Source: Lingula anatina
Taxonomy: Eukaryota; Animalia; Brachiopoda
DNA: 64,000 bases
NCBI GenBank assembly: GCA_051362555.1
Contig: CM120644.1
Span: forward strand, 14,902,534 to 14,966,533
Reading direction: 5' to 3'
How positions within the stretch are numbered: position 1 is the stretch's first letter; the number at the start of each line of letters is the position of its first letter. The translations under genes and the position numbers were made by a program. The notes below the pieces were generated by a model. It saw nothing but the letters and a program-made list of their open reading frames with translations. It had not been told where the DNA came from and made no database searches. Of the stretch, positions 28,058 through 42,096 are shown in pieces.

Positions 28058-28140
28058 ACTCACGGTTCAAACGTCTGTCGCTGATCGCAAGGAGATGCTT
28101 ACAGAGGCCTTGATGTACTTGAAAGTCACCTACAGATGAT
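28058..28140 (-). other. Putative conserved 5'-UTR exon and donor upstream of CYP20 copy B (homologs at about 43129-43195 for C and 58418-58490 for D)
   Basis: A GTGAGTAG donor (plus-strand ctactcac) and the adjacent gtctgtcgctga..gtacttgaaagtcac are conserved in all three upstream regions. A candidate CAG acceptor lies about 55 nt upstream of the ATG in B and C. Confidence 0.45.
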
Positions 28141-30295
28141 ACGGGCAACAACGTAAAAGGTCTTAAACAACTGATAGCTATTAAACTACACCAGCACTAA
28201 TAATCTGTCTATCGGCTGCAGAACAGTCGGTCGATTACATTATTTCTCAATACTTATCAATCTCTGGTAATTAGTGCCTCTCTCAATGTCCTGTCTTCAT
28301 CCTACCATACCACAGGTTTAATATTTGCCAAATATCCGGGTCCTCTTTGGCCATGAAGTGGAATGTAGGTCATTGATATCTACTGGTAGGCCTAATGAAT
28401 ATCAGTCGGCACCGACCTGCAATGCGGGTCAGCCCTGCGAACTTCTTGAGTTGTTACACTGCACTTTAATTCTGCGCGGCTTAAAGGCTTTATGCGAGTG
28501 AGGTAAAATAAATGAGGTCTTCATAATTGTGATGGAATAAACGACAAAAGATTGTAAATGGAAGGGTTTATTTCCACGAAAATAGCTATTTTAATGAAAA
28601 ATGATTCACTTACGTACTGTGAGTAGGAAATTTGCGCCATTCTAGACTTTGTTATATTCAGATACCGGTCCGTTACATCTGCATGAATAAAGGTTAATAA
28701 AACACTTGAAAAAAGTCGCTATCATACACGGAGTTAAGTAAATGGCAATCAATTTGAAATAATTACCAAGGGATAATATTATAATGCACTTTTTCTGAAT
28801 TTTTTTAAAACAAAAATGGCGTGCGTCGACACAGCAGAATGAAAGTCGCTATCACTGCAGATACTATGCAACAGCTTATTGACACGTTTTCTTTCTCTTA
28901 CCTACTTGTAGTTTTATACTCAGAGGAAAATATCTCCAGCATGTGCTGTCTGCAGCATACCTTGAAAACTTCGAATGTCACAGAGAAAGAAAAATAATCG
29001 GGGTTTTACCAACTGGATGCAGTAAAAGAAAATACTAGAAAGTGGGTCACGGTCTTGACAGTGGGGGTTTTAAAGGCCTAAATGCCTGATAACATGGCAA
29101 GTTAGCTTTTTTACTCGTTTCGTACATGTGCAATACTTCACTTAATATCAATTCATTGAAATTAGCACTTTTATGGCACAGACATTTTGTTACTTTATTC
29201 AGCAACAAAAACCCTTCTACACATAGAGTTGCCAAGCGTCAATTGTCAATGAAATGAAATAAGATGAACAGATAAATAAATTTAAACAAATAAAGCTGTC
29301 ATACGCTGATCATAAATATTCCAAATAATACATGTATGATACTTATTTAACATATATTCTAACATATATTCAAACAAAATTTTATTATATATTACATATA
29401 TATAATAAAATATATTATCATATTATATATATATATATTATCATATATTATAGGTAGTTTTTAGGTCTAATGATTCTATAATGGTATATAGTAACTCTTT
29501 CAATTTTTCTGCATATTAAATTGAAGATTGCACAAAGGTGGCAGAAATAAAAGGGGATTGTCAAAGAAATCGAAATATATATATAAACTATGTAACCAAA
29601 ATTGGTATGGAGCCTTATGCAATGCTTTAGATTTTGACATACAAAGTCCGCTCCATTGCCAAAAGTTCAATCCAATAAATCCAATACCTTACAGCAAGGT
29701 ATCGTGTCAGTTTGACAAATTAAGTCAGTTATGAGTTCAGATTTTGACATATTTTATATCTATACGGAGCTCATCGATATGTCTGTTCTCGCTTAATTCC
29801 ATCATGTTAGTTAAAACTTGTCTTCGACCTAATTCAAAATAAACGAGTTTATTTCAAAATAAAAAAAAAAAAAATTCTACATCACTTTAAATGCTTTTAT
29901 ATTTTTGCAATAGAAAATACCGATTTCTTAAAGAAAACCGCGCCCTTGATCGATTGACAGTTGACCTAAGCACTGCAGAATGCAATTTACTATAATAAAC
30001 TATAATATGCAAGATATTATATAGACAAACTGTCTTTCTTTAATCTTCTTATAACTTAGTATTTACTGGTACGTGAAACAGCTGCTACTTGTATTACCGT
30101 TACTGTCTTTGTTACCTTCGAATGCCACATAGATGATGTAGGCCGTTACATACATATGTTCTGAGCATTATAACATTCAGGGTGCATGAAAAGAAAACAT
30201 GCAGGTCACAAATAATGCATCACAACTAGATAGTTTCCTCCGTTTATTTTTCAGTGCTAATTTAACATACCTGTATGTTACCTCTATCAAAAAAA

Positions 30296-30329
<34 letters not shown>

Positions 30330-31315
30330 TATCTGTTAGGAATACATCATTTACAATGTTGGCTTCATAGAGAGGAACAATAAACTGTTTACATATTGGA
30401 TTGAACAGTCTTTAACTCATGTCATTTAACGTATTTAAAGTAAAAATGTATCAAAATAAATGGAAAACGAAAAAAACTGTTGATTTTAAAGAGCTTTTTC
30501 AATTTCGCCAACCTTGAAGGAAAGTACACAAATAAAATAAATGCATCCTTCGTAAGACAGGCTGTAGGCAAAAGTGGCAAGCGTTATATGATAGACGTAA
30601 GGTTCCAATTATATTTTCTTTGTTATTACAATACAGTGCGATTATATATAATAGCCAAAAAGAGAAACGCACTTTTTTATCGCACAGCGGCTTATTTTTG
30701 TTCAATAAACTATGATTTATATTTGTATTACTGAAAGTATATCAGATGTCTTATTCCAAGACAAATGACAAACGTCTTTCCGTCAAGATGTCAAACGAAC
30801 ACTCTTAAATAATAAAGACAACAAAATCCAACGATTTATATAAAAATATGACAAATTCTACAGCAACACGAAAATTATCGGTAAACAACACATCATAATC
30901 ACTTATTAATAATTCATGAAAACTAAATATAATACAAAAAATTAAAATTAGTGCAAAAGGTGAAAAAGATACGGAAAGAAAAAGGATGTAAAAGAGAAAC
31001 AATGTAAACCACTTAAAAATAAGAGAGAAACCTAACACCAATTAAAGGACAGAAATAAACCTCATGCCTACCTGAAAGTAAAAAAGATGTCTTGTTCCAA
31101 GACAAAATGGCAAACCTTTTTCAGACAACGTGTCAAACGAACAACTAATCTTCCGAGAGAGACCTCGGATAAAAGAACACGAAAGTACACGAATGAGCCT
31201 GAACACGAACGCAATTAATATTTTATTCCTACAGCATTTCGCCTGTGGCATCTATATCTATGGTTTTAATGTACTATTTCAAACAATAGTGTTGCATTAA
31301 TCCCCACATGCTTAA

Positions 31316-31652
31316 AGGGATAATAACTCTTCGTTTCGGCCAAAAAATGAATTTTCCTGGAGTAAACAACAATTTTCCCATACTTACCAATGGTTAATGA
31401 ATCCATTTTTACATTCAAAGTTAGTCCCTGGTTTTTTTCTAAAAAGTTTGGTTTTTTGTTAAAATATCTTAAGAGATTTAACAGAGTATAGCCATCAATG
31501 GAGGTCACGTGATCTAAAGACAAGCTCAGATATCAGAAAAAATAGCTATTACTGCCGTTTTTGTGGTAAAACAGAATATATTATATTTCTACGAGTTATT
31601 CACAATGTTTTTATTGTGAAATATAGATCTCATACGAAGAGTTATTATCCCT
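31316..31652. mobile_element. Non-autonomous Kolobok-like element (TTAA target) about 100 bp downstream of the copy C stop codon
   Basis: TIR agggataataactcttcgt / acgaagagttattatccct, with TTAA on both sides (31312-31315, 31653-31656). Confidence 0.85.
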
Positions 31653-31753
31653 TTAAAAATGGTGTCTGCTGATGATCCCAGTTAGATTATTTTCAGTTTA
31701 AGCCGGTGCGTGTCTAAATAAAGTTTTGATGTCCAATTCACAGTAAAAATAAT

Positions 31754-33444
31754 CTACTCTTCTTTATTCTCATCAAATCTCGAAGTAAGCGTTAGCCAGA
31801 CTTCGTCTTCGGGGGTAGTTATTATACCATACATGGCCTTCACCCCAAAACAATCAACATGATGAACCTGCAAAAGAGACAAAACTGTCGAAAAAGGTTG
31901 AATGACCACTCGGAATGATTCTGACATTTGTATGGATGAAGGAATATATTAAAATTTTGCGAATTATGTGATTATACCATGCTCGATGCCTACTAGTAGA
32001 AACCTGACCCCAGTTTCGTTTTGCACAACCATACTGGACTTATACGTACCGTGTTTTACCTTTCTTTTTGTGATTATTGCTTCTGTTGTATTTCCTTGTT
32101 ACTATGATGAGGTATTCAGCAGACTCACCTGGAATTTCAGCAAAATGTTGGCAAGCACCGTGGCCACCTGAGCGTAAGCGAAACGGTATCCAGGGCACTT
32201 CCGATTGCCGGCAAAACCAAACGGTTGAAAGGAATAGGGGTGACGTTCAGCCACTTTCTCTGGGCTGAAGCGATCTGGGTCAAACCTAAAAATTGGTGTT
32301 AAATTTAAAAAAAGAATTTTACCATTATTATTATTATTATTCTTATAACCCATTGCCGTGGACTTAACAATTAACAATTGCTCCTTAGTTAAAAAATGAA
32401 CGCATATCATAATTGCACTCACTTATCGGGGTTTGGCCAGATTGATGGGTCACTGTATCCAACGCCCAAAGCCTGGATAATGGGTGTCTAGAAAACAAAT
32501 TTACCTTAAAAAGCATAATCTCGAGTTAGTTATAATGTTTGCCCATGCAAACAAGAACAAGAGCGGCAGCTAGTAATCCCCATTAATGAACATGTAGCAC
32601 TTTTTTAATGTTGTCAATCATTTTTGGTAAATTGGGTTGTTTTCTCCATTCTAAACAAATAAGTGTAAAATGACTAACGGTGGCTATACTTTCAGTACGG
32701 AATTGGTGCAACGAAGAATCAGCTATGTATTTTGTTATTTTGTCTGCTTAATTAAGTAATTACAGTCAAAGAACTGATGTCAAAGTGACACTCAAGATAT
32801 TATAAAAAAAGTTTTTTTAAACACGATTTGAGTCCTTGGTTTCTTTTTTCGGAGAGATAATTATGAAAAAGAACCTGATTGAAAAAATATTCACTGCATG
32901 GCATCAGAATGGAATATCCCTGAAATAGGACGTCATTCTACTTACCCCATGCGGTATGACGTAACCTCCCAGTGTGACGTCATTTTCATCGTCGTAACGG
33001 GATGCGTATGGTGCAATCAGTCCCATGCGCAGCGTTTCTTCCATTACCTGGCGGGTGTAGCTACAATAAAAACCAATAAAAATCAATTCATACATGCAAA
33101 TACATTATACAGGGGTATATACACAAATAACAATGTCGAAAAAAGTATGTGATCGTACATGATGTAAAAATAGTGTTTTTTTCGAAAGCTTTCATTAAAT
33201 TTTTAATAAGTTTAGGGCACGGTAAGAGTTATCGCGGCATTCTTTGGGTCTTGTTAGACGAAGGAAAATAAATCAAACAGGACAGAAATAGGAATGGCCG
33301 GGTCAGTCTTCATACTTACACTAGCTGAGCAACGTTAGATGGAATTACTTTGCCCGTGTCAAATAACACTTTTTTCACTTCTTGGTACATTCTATCCTGA
33401 ACCTCAGGGTACATAGAGACGAAGTGGAGAGCAAAAACCAACCC

Positions 33445-33512
<68 letters not shown>

Positions 33513-35021
33513 AAATTATCAAATGAATTTCAGGAAAACAGTGGGTAGAATTATTAATAATTGATTTTTCTGTCACGGAATTGCCTTGTTTGACTAAACA
33601 CACACCAATGGCAAAATAATAAACCAGGTTCTTTGCACTATCAATATAGAGAAGCCAAGGGGTATTAAATATTAAAATATACATATCGCAATTGGCATAT
33701 CGACATAGGATTTAAGCCTAAACATAAAATGAAATTAATCAATCGTTTGAATTTTCATGCAGACTAAAAGACAGATATACGCACAATTCCCTATAGTATG
33801 GAATCCACCAATAATATACGTCATAGCGTCACCCTGCATGACGTCATCAGGAATATTGTTTTCAATCATGACGTCAACCAGCATTTGTCGTTTCTCAATG
33901 GTTGGATGTTTACGTCTGAATTCGATGGCCGCCGCTATAATGTCGTACATGTACTTTTTAGCTGTGAAGAAAATATCATAATAAGTTTCCTACTGAGCAG
34001 AAGCTGGGTATAATCTTCAAAAGTACTCCTAACTTCTGAATTTAGAAATTTTATGGTGTATGTCTGAAATTAATTTTATGGTGTATGTCTAAAATTAATC
34101 TTGCCCAGGCGGTACTTAATCATGGCTCAAATCTACAGAAAGCTCCACGTTTACTTTGGATTTGACCTAAAGATTGAGTGACTAACATCTTTTTACCGTG
34201 GCCAATGGCTTTTGTAATAAATCTAAATAGTGAATAAATCAACCACAATGAATACACAATCAATTAATAAAAAATGATTATGACAAAATCGGCAGTGCAA
34301 GTTGATAACATATTTTTTACCATCGTTAAACTTTTTCTCACGCTCACTCCCAGGATTTGGTTCATCTCCGCGTAGTCTTTTATCAAAATCGAGCCAGCAC
34401 TAAAACAAATATGAAAATTTTATCATGTTGATATATAAAAACTATATGTGCTAATACTCCCAAAACGGATCATGGCATCTTAGAAATCGTACAAAGTCTA
34501 GCATTGGTTTCTTAATTTTTTTAGCAGTTATACCAACAGTAGTCGCCAATAGCAATCGTCTTGCTTCACTGTAAACGGTTCGAAACGATCAGGTACACTA
34601 ACAAGCGCAGGTTATCGTACAAAAATAAAGGAGCCAAATCAATTACTTACTTTTTCAAATGCTTCCCAGAACTTGACGAGCTGCTCTCCCTCTTGGATGT
34701 AATCTCCAAAAGAACACTGAGTTATAGCTTTTAATGCGAGCAAAAGCACCTCCTGGCGGCAGGGAACGTGTTGACCTCGTGGCAAACGTGACCATTCCTC
34801 AACCATTTCCTCGGCCAGCTTTGACGATAAAATACTGTATATTGAGAATATTGGAGGGTGAAGATAGGGATAATTAAGGAGAAATCGTTATAAGAAAGGG
34901 CTTTACAAGCTCTTGGAATGTAAATTAAAGATCCAATTTGATTCTTAGAATCACTGTTGGGCAAACATCTCTTTTCTTTTGACTATATTAAAATCCCCTT
35001 TTATTTATTTCCTTTACGAAG

Positions 35022-35053
<32 letters not shown>

Positions 35054-38000
35054 TTTGTATTTGTATTGAATGAATGAATATCACCGTTTGGTGGAATATT
35101 AAAAATATTTGCCTCAAGCAAAACTGTATATTTAATTTCATTTTTGCGAATATCACTGAACTCAATGACTCTTCAAAAAATTGAAAATTTTTTATTACCC
35201 TTTGAAATACAGGCATGTACTCCATTACGTATCTGTGACTGTAGCAGGGGTCGTATGTTTTCCTTTTCCATTTCCCCTCTTCCTTGTTAGTTACTTGAAT
35301 AGATTTTCTGGTTATAAGGGGTACCAAAAACTCATACAGAACCGCTTAAAAAGACAGAGGTAATGAATCATTAAGGTCAAAGATTTATTGCGCGTGTGTA
35401 TATACACACGTGACGTTTAATATGGAATATTTCAGTTTCGAAGGTATACCTATGTGAAAATGCGTTCCTTTTTTCACAAACTCCGATCTCATATAAGAGT
35501 AGTCAGGTGTGTTGCTACCAATTAACTGAATACCACGTTTGTTGGGCTGCTGCCTTATGTAATATGCAGTGATTTAATTGGGTAGTGCTCCTTTGGGCAG
35601 GTCAAAGCTTGGCTTTGGCAAAGCATGGTTCTGTCAAAAAAGTATCCATATGTCGGCAACTACTGCTTAGAAGAATTTGAAATTTTGCATGCAAGTGGTC
35701 GGGTTTGCAGTGTGTAAAATGAACTTTGTAGTGCTTTACAAATTTGTTTATCTGTGGCAGAATGGCGCGAAAATGAGAGACATTGCAAGACAGATAATTG
35801 CGCCAAACGAAACGGTCCGCTCAGTTTTATAGAGTAATGTCCAGACTGATGTACCTACCAGAGGCAACGCCCAATGTATTGAAATCATACTACCAGGGTA
35901 CAGGACCGACTGTCTTTCGGGATATCCTGCTGCAACAACACGAAAATCACCCAGACGACCTTCGAGGAACCCACTGTAAAACATCGTTGTATGTTTCTCT
36001 AATGAATTGGGGACCTTGACTATTTCTGGGTTGAACAATGAAATCTCGTGGCCTTCTTAATTGAGGTCAGACTTCACCTGCACCGCTCAACAGTCAAAAC
36101 AGAGTTTACAGACATCCAGAAGAGACCAACGACGAAGCGTGTGCCGCGTCTAAAGTGATTAAGGTCATTAACAGCGTCAGTATTTGGAGTGGATACCACA
36201 TTGGTGCCAAAACACCAATGGTAGTCATCGACGAAAACCTTAACCAGATCAAATAAAGGAATAATCTGGGAACCACTTGGCTATCATTTGATAGGAACAA
36301 CTTAAGAACAATTTTAGGTTGCACGGTGAGATTGCCGGTTCACACAGAGCACTTTTAATAGCAGATTACTTACAGAACCAAGGGGATGAACAGCTACCTT
36401 GGTCATCAAAATCGCCATATTTGATCCACATAGACAATATGTGGGTAGGCAATTACTCGCCGAATCAATGGCCTACATGTCCTACAACAAAACTGGACCA
36501 AATTGGACAGATTTTGACCGATTCCTGGAATGTTATTCCAGACTGAACTTTAAAAACCTATCCCAAGGAATGCCTTGCCACTTGAGAGCGCTGGTAGCGG
36601 CCAGAAGAGGCCAGGCGTAACAGCGACCGTTATTGTGATTAAACACTGACATGAGGGTCCTTTGTGGAGCGTGTAACTCTTTTACAGACGATAATTTGGA
36701 AAATATGGTGGTCCAAAATATCTCTTTTAATGGTTGATGTATGACATAGAATAGGCAATGTGTTTTTGTTTGCTTCTCTGCCGAATTCCATTAACGAACG
36801 GATGCCACAAAAGTTATTTAAACATCCTTATTTTCATTTATCAGTCAGCAAAATAGGAAAAACTGATGAAAAATGATTTGGAAAAAAATATTCCATATTA
36901 AATGTCCAGTCTGTGATTTGTGAGTCGCCTAAACCAACCCTTATTACTCAAGAAACATTTAAACAACAAAACAAACAAACAAAAAATTGAAATAATCACT
37001 ATGTTTCCAGTCTAAAAATGAAAGCAGAATGTATTTACTCACGGGGTCTGTCGAACATATGCGAAGTCTCTTTGAACAGTTGAGGAGAGGCGATGCTGAC
37101 CACCATTTGTTCTCCAAACCAGAACTTTGCTATGGGTCCATACTGCTGGTGTAGCCACAAAAGGAATTCGTGTAGGTTGCCATGTTTTTTAACCAGATCT
37201 AGGTTCCCATGTCTGAAAAGAAAATATCAAAGCTTTATTAAAACGACAACTTCTTTAATCTTCTGTGATTGGTAGTCGAATCTGGCGCGTTAACTATCTG
37301 TGTTGAAGCGGGTATCAGACGTTGCTTTGACTTTAATAAAAAAAATTATCGGCAATTAACAACTTAAGTGGACTCGCAACAATTATTATTACGTTTGATT
37401 TGAAACGAGGTTAAGTATGTTGATTCGGAGTTCGCATTCACAAACGCGCGAAGCAACAAAAGGCAATTATCGCTCATGAGGCCTGTTAATGGGTCCTTAT
37501 AGACTTCCTAAAGAAATCCCATAGGAAATGTTTCCAATAGGAAGTATTTTCTGTACAATCCTACAGGATTCTTCAAATCGTGTGGGAATCCAATAGGGCT
37601 CTTTCGTAAGGGGAATAGTCTAGGACCATGCAGTTTCGTCAATACGGGATAGTACTATCCTAGGGATAACACTACCATTACATAAAATTGTTATCATAAG
37701 AACCGAATAGAACAGTGCTTCACAAACGCTGTACGCTTCTTTGAGACCATTCCCACAGATATTTGGATCGATCTATCTCCCTGGGGAGTCTCACTAAAAT
37801 GCTATCAAACTAACCGGCTTTAACGTCTGTCACGCCTAGTGAAGCTGTTAGGGAGTAATTATCTTTACCCCTAGCTGATTCGGTAGGCGTGACAGACATT
37901 TAAGCTTCTTGAGCTGATGGCAATTTAGCGTGAACCCCAGGGAGTTAGGTCGATCCAGATTGATCGATATAAGTATGGGAACGCAGTCTTTGACTCTAAA

Positions 38001-41000
38001 GGTGCCTGCTGTCCTCAGGATACCAGTCCATAGGATAACAATGTTATGCTGTGGATCGACGAGTGTTACCCATAGGATAGCGCCATCCAGTGTTGATGAA
38101 AATGGGCCTGGTACGTGTACTTACTTGATATCTTTGGTATTCAGTCCTGGAATGTCGTTGCCGGAGTTGCTGCGGCCTAAGATCTGCAAATAAACACATG
38201 TAAGGCTTCGTGTCAGATGAAATTTCTACATCCCTTGTGATCAACATTTTGTTGTCAATAATGAAGCCAGTTACCGGTAGTGTCAAGCTACTCGTACTGT
38301 CATTATGATTATATCGGGGAATATAATCACTGATCATTGTTGCGGAATGTTGTTTGGGGTGGTCGGTTCATGCCTCTTATCAAAATAACACTATCCAAGG
38401 CTGGGCCCCTGGGGACGTGTGTTTTGACAGCGCCCCTATTGAAAGCTTTGAGATTGTTTGCGGGACGCTCGAGATTGAAAAAGAATGTCGTGATTTCCTT
38501 GGATATATTTCTTTCACGTCTGTGTGACGGAATGATCAGATTTTTATATTTTATCTGATAAAATAGCTGTTCGTAGTAGTGTACAGTGTACAACTTTAAG
38601 CTTGTGTATTGTGAGGAGTCTGACCGAAAAGTGCTTTCTGCAACCGGTCCACCCCCTCCACCCACCAAGCTGTACGTCACCCGTACAACCATTCTCTTTT
38701 TTGGTCAAAATCATACAGGGGTGAGACGCCTCTTTCCACACCACGCTAAAGTGAGACGCCTCTCAACACGCAAGCTAAAAGTAGTACACTGTACACGGCT
38801 ACGAACAGTAAATTTATCAGATAAAATATATATAAAAAATTGATACATCTATTTATTCCGCCACATAGACGCAAAAGAAACATATCCAAGGAAATCACGA
38901 CATTCTTTTTCAATCTCGAGCGTCCCGCAAACGATCTCAAAGCTTTTAACTAGGGGCGCTGTCAAAACACACGTCCCCAGGGGCCCAGCCTTGGATCGTG
39001 TTATTTTGATAAGAGGTAGTTTAACCAAGGCATGAGCAGACCACCCCCAAACACAACAACTACCTCGACTATTGAGCAATCAACACGTCGTTGTCTGATC
39101 TCCCTTGCTCACAACAGTGACACGCAGGTGACTTTTCTCACCACCTTACTGTGCCGCTATATTATCGCCAAGCAACACAACCACAAAAGCGAGATACCTT
39201 TGTGGATTTACTAAATCGTCACAAGCGAGACAATTGTGAACGTACTCTCTCACTGTGATCTGCCTAGCAGATACACACATACAAAGGCGAGACACCTTTG
39301 TCAGGACGAGACGTCCTCGCACATCAGTACATTTAAAATCTACACAAGCAGACACACACTCACAAAGGCGAGACACCTTTGATGGGAATTTGGTTTTTTC
39401 CCTTGTGAAAACCACTATTCTGAATACAGCACTGACTATCACTCGGACTCTGCATCTGATGAAGGTCACTTGTTGACCGAAAAACGCTTTTTGCAACCAG
39501 TCCACCCCCTCCCCCCACCAGGCTGTATGTCATCCGTACAACCATATTCTTTTTTGGTCAAAATCATACAGAGGTGAGACGCCTCTTTCCACACCACGCT
39601 GAGGTGAGACGCCTCTCAACATGCAAGCTAAAGCTGTTACGATCAGTTATTTTATCATATATTAAAAAAAAAAAAAAAACTGATGCATCTAATCATTCCG
39701 TCATACAGACGTGAAAGAAACATATCCAAGGAAATCACAGCATTCTTTTTCAATCTCGAGAGTCCCGCAAACAATCTCAAAGCTTTTAACTATATTTCTA
39801 TGTTTGAAAGATGCCAGCACGTTCACGGCTCACGACCTGCAATGTTACATTATGTGTGAGATAATACACTGTTACCCGAGCGATATATGCCGTAACACCT
39901 CGAGCGTAAGCGAGAGGGGTTCATGGCATATATCGTGAGAGAGTGACAGTGTATTATTTGACATACATACCAAGAACAAATATATTGTCATTTCACCCTG
40001 AAACCGAATAAAGTGACGCTCTAGAGAGGTCACCTCCCAAATTCTTATGCAATGTCTGACCAATTTGATCAGTTTTTGCTAAATACTTGTCATGGACGTT
40101 CAACTGGCTTGAAAAATATTTAATCAACCGTCGACACTGACCATGCGCGTCTCAGCTGAACCTCACCTAGCTGGGACTGCTGCGGAAAAAAGGTCCCAAG
40201 GCAAAACCTCTACTTTTTAGTGCCATTTCTGACAAAAAAAGGAGCGTCGGACCAGTATATAGTCAAACTAATTTTTCACAAGTGCGAAGGAGAAAGAAAT
40301 TTACTCTTTGGTGATATTTCTGACAAGGAGGCAGTTTTGGAATATAGTCCAATTCAGACGGATATTGACCGGATATTGAAGTTCACGAGAGTAATAATTC
40401 TAGTTAGGATTCCCCATAGGGGAATACTATTGTTTTTGCTGTTCTTCTTATTATTATTAGGATTCCCCATAGGGGAATACTATTGTTTTTGCTGTTGTTC
40501 TTCTTCTTCTTCTTTTTCTTCTTCTTTTTCGTCAAAAAATTTCTTTCTAAAATTCTGAAAAAATTCATACTGATAGCCTATGAAAAATTATTCCGGTCCA
40601 CCCATTTTTTTTTACTTTGACCTAATTTTCAAGGTCACAGAACCTTTTAAACTGAAAATTTGGTAAATTTCAAAATGCAATATCTCCTAGAATTTTCAAC
40701 ATTTTGACAAATCCTTTCATAGGTGAGATCACACAATAATTTTATATCATGTGACCCAATTTTAGGAAAAGTAGGTCAGGTCAAGGTCAACTTATGCACG
40801 ATATGCTCTAAGTAGTTGACACTCGGCAGGGGGTAAACCAGATGTGACAGAGCCACAAGGATGATGTAAAAAGTTGCCCTAGATATCTATCCAGTGCACT
40901 CGCTAATAATTTTGACAATTGACTGATTTGTTTTTTTAATATAGATTTTTAAATATTAATAATTTCACCGAAATAGTGACTTAATTTCTCCATGAAATCC

Positions 41001-42065
41001 TGATTTTTTTGTGATAACATGCTATAGTAAACTACCCAAACATATACCCAACACCCCCAAATCAAATGTCAAATTTGACCTTGACCCTCATTTTCAAGGT
41101 CATTCGGCTATTTCATGGAGAAATATTGAAGTGGGCTAAAAGTGACGTTTTGTTGAAACCCACCCCCAATTCGCACATGCCCTTTCAGAATATGGGGTCA
41201 AATTTAACCCATGACCTTCACATGACCTTGTAAGAGCATTTCCACACCGATTTTGCAGGGGAATCCTCCGCCACTGGCTTAAGCCAGTTGCAGTCTAGTT
41301 ATTATTATTTTTTTCTTTCTAAAATTCTAAAAAATGTCAAATTTGACCTTGACCTTCAATTTCAAGGTCATTTGGACATTTTTCTTTCCACACGTTTTTT
41401 TTTCGCAAAAAATTGAAATAATTATCAAAGATAGCCTATGGTCAGAATATGCTATACACCCAGTAACAGTGACCTTGACCCACTTTTTAAGGTCACAGGG
41501 GCATTTAAAGACGAAATTTGTAAAATTTGAAATTGCAATTATGCCTAAGCTATGTGGATGAAGACCTTTTGGCCAATAATACGAATGTGAATCCCCAAAT
41601 ACTGACCTACTTTCATGCAAGTAGGTCAAGGTCAAGGTCGCTAATAGCCAATTTATTCCAACGTGAACAGAAAGTACAAGGTGTTTTTACAAGCTCAGAA
41701 TATACATGATAAATATACAATTAGTGTAACAAAAATAATTTGGTTGAATCAATATGATCTTAATATAGATGTATGTTAATAAAACGATAACATTATGTTA
41801 GCATTAGGAAAATAAACCGGGAAATAGAAGTATGCACCAGAAAGTGTACACCGTGCGATTTGCATTTATACTAACATCAAGATATACAGACTCAGCAACC
41901 TATATGTAGTGTATTTAAAATTCTTCTTCCATGGAATGCAAATAAAAGTCACCGTGTATTTTGCATGCATACGAAGTGATTTTATGCTATATACATAACC
42001 TATAATGTCCGTGCTTATGTTATTTTCGTATTATTCTATTATTTTGCTTTTATAAGTATGTTCAG

Positions 42066-42096
<31 letters not shown>

